A DNA stretch of 64,000 bases, taken from positions 96,001 through 160,000 of the forward strand of contig JANNWY010000170.1 in assembly GCA_031409335.1 (NCBI GenBank). Direction: 5' to 3'. Below are positions 62,570 to 64,000 of the stretch, one piece after another. Every line of letters begins with the position of its first letter. Within the stretch, counting starts at the first letter, position 1. Made by a program: the position numbers and the translations under genes. Source of the stretch: Chthoniobacteraceae bacterium. GTDB taxonomy: Bacteria > Verrucomicrobiota > Verrucomicrobiia > Chthoniobacterales > Chthoniobacteraceae. The notes under the pieces are model-generated. The model searched no databases. It worked only from the letters and a program-made list of their open reading frames with translations, and was not told the DNA's origin.

Positions 62570-63414
62570 TGGCTGCATTTCGGCGTCGTTTGGTTTCGCT
62601 GCGTAACCGATTCCACCATCCCGGAGTGTCGGTGGCCTCTGGCTCAAGCCTCAATCCACAGGCGCAGATCGACCGGGGAGTGGGAATTGGCAGGGATTGC
62701 ACGGTATTGAAAGCACGCCTGCGCGGTTCCTGCCGGGTGGATGACCGGGTGTTGATCTGCGGCAACGCCGCCGTGAATGCTTCCAACTTGGGCTCCGATT
62801 GCCGGATCGAAACCGGCGCTCAAGTTTCCCGCAGCCTTTTGGAGTCCAGCATTGCGGTGCATCAAAATGCCGAGTTATGCGGAGTCAATGTCGGGCGCTT
62901 TTCCTATATCGCGCGAGAAACGGTGCTAAACGAAGTCAATGTCGGAAGGTTTTGTTCGATCGGGCCAAGGTGCTTGATTGGCAGCGGAGATCATCCGGTG
63001 GACTGGGTTTCGACCTCGCCGGTCTTTTACTCGAATATCCAGCAAACCGGGCGCAGTCTTGCGGAAGGATTGCCGGCAAATGCCAGCTTTACGGAACGCC
63101 GCCGGATCGCGATCGGAAACGATGTCTGGATCGGAGCCCACGTTTTTGTGCGCGATGGAGTGAACATCGGAAACGGTGCGATTGTCGCCGCCGGAGCGGT
63201 TGTGACTAAAGACGTGCCACCCTTTGCCTTGGTGGGTGGAGTCCCTGCCCGGAACATCCGCTTCCGCTTTCCGCCGGAGTTGGTAGAGCAACTTCAGTCC
63301 ATCGCATGGTGGGACTGGCCGGAGGACCTTCTACGAGAGGCTCAGCCACTGATTTCCTCGGCGAAAATCGAGCCTTTTCTAGTCTTCGCCCGCGAACGCG
63401 GCAAACGCACATGA
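62566..63414 (+). CDS. Hexapeptide-repeat O-acetyltransferase (CatB-related)
   Basis: VGRFCSIG, HP..W.STSP.F, IGNDVWIG, IGNGAIVAAGAVVTKDVPP, WWDW. Confidence 0.88.
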   Translation: MMAAFRRRLVSLRNRFHHPGVSVASGSSLNPQAQIDRGVGIGRDCTVLKARLRGSCRVDDRVLICGNAAVNASNLGSDCRIETGAQVSRSLLESSIAVHQNAELCGVNVGRFSYIARETVLNEVNVGRFCSIGPRCLIGSGDHPVDWVSTSPVFYSNIQQTGRSLAEGLPANASFTERRRIAIGNDVWIGAHVFVRDGVNIGNGAIVAAGAVVTKDVPPFALVGGVPARNIRFRFPPELVEQLQSIAWWDWPEDLLREAQPLISSAKIEPFLVFARERGKRT

Positions 63415-64000
63415 GCTTGGTTTCGGTCATCATCCCGGTTTATAACGCAACGCGCTTCCTACACGCCGCGATGGAAAGCGTCCTGAACCAGACCTATCGT
63501 GACCTGGAAGTAATCGCGGTCGATGACGGTTCGACCGACCCGTCCGGTGCCATCCTTGCGGCCTGCGCGGCCCGCGACTCCCGCATCCGGGTAATCAGCC
63601 GCCAAAACACCGGAATTGTCGGTGCGCTAAACGACGGCGTGGCTGCGGCACATGGAGACCTCATCGCCCGGATGGATGCCGATGACATCTGCCTCCCTCT
63701 GCGCTTGGAAAAGCAAGTCGCCTATCTGACCGACCATCCGGAATGTGTGGCCGTCGGCACCGATGTCCTTTACACCGATCCGGAGAGCGCGCCTCTGATC
63801 CGGCACTACCCTTCCGTGCATCACGAAGGAATTGTGGAGCAATTGCTGGACGGCAATGGCGGGGCACTCATTCATCCGACGGTCATGGTCCGCCGCCGCT
63901 CCCTTGAAGAAGCGGGTGGCTACCGGGCGCGCTATCAGTGGATCGAAGATCTGGATCTTTACCTGCGGCTTTCCGACCGGGGATGGCTGGCGAACCTTCC
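63411..64000 (+). CDS. GT2 family glycosyltransferase, 5' part (runs off the window)
   Basis: Not in the ORF track. ATG 63411 reads MSLVSVIIPVYN...SVLNQTY.D.E.I.VDDGSTD...ARMDADD...RLEKQ...HPT...EDLDL.LR. Confidence 0.92.
   Translation, partial: MSLVSVIIPVYNATRFLHAAMESVLNQTYRDLEVIAVDDGSTDPSGAILAACAARDSRIRVISRQNTGIVGALNDGVAAAHGDLIARMDADDICLPLRLEKQVAYLTDHPECVAVGTDVLYTDPESAPLIRHYPSVHHEGIVEQLLDGNGGALIHPTVMVRRRSLEEAGGYRARYQWIEDLDLYLRLSDRGWLANL

Noticed and set aside
62566..63414. Chloramphenicol or streptogramin resistance gene (CatB/Vat-like motifs)
   Set aside because: It is coupled within a glycan operon and has extra hexapeptide repeats, so a polysaccharide O-acetyltransferase is more plausible.

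Overview
Chromosomal, GC-rich bacterial DNA whose gene content (DUF1549/DUF1553 and DUF1501 proteins, a PEP-CTERM protein with autotransporter-associated beta-strand repeats, an exosortase) points to the PVC superphylum, most likely Verrucomicrobia (inference). 1-14.7 kb holds housekeeping and envelope genes (typA 5' end, mscL, ispD, apaG, ygfZ-like, PPIases, tRNA-Tyr) plus a 52-aa Lys/Arg-rich ORF missed by the ORF track. 14.8-18.8 kb holds an SPFH to Zn-ribbon operon interrupted by a RelBE-like pair plus a HigA-N-like mini-ORF, and a PIN/TRAM gene. 18.9-29.8 kb is one 3622-aa PEP-CTERM surface protein with (A-B)x3-A internal repeats. 29.8-37 kb is a DUF1549/1553-DUF1501-WD40 operon interrupted by a HEPN-MNT pair and by large palindromic elements. 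37.1-40 kb is a coupled three-gene operon: a TIGR04283-like GT2, a secreted DUF547 protein, and a radical SAM enzyme that looks like a truncated Tes/MJ0619 (COG1964) relative rather than ArsS. This operon is my best candidate for an undescribed pathway. 40.8-42.9 kb is aguBA. 42.9-64 kb is a more AT-rich exosortase/surface-glycan locus (priming transferase, PAS kinase/NarL pair, exosortase, OM barrel, Wza, Wzc, Wzm/Wzt, methyltransferases, probable ribofuranosyltransferase, GTs, acetyltransferase). I saw no CRISPR array, rRNA, integrase or transposase. All family calls come from motif recognition by eye, not database searches.
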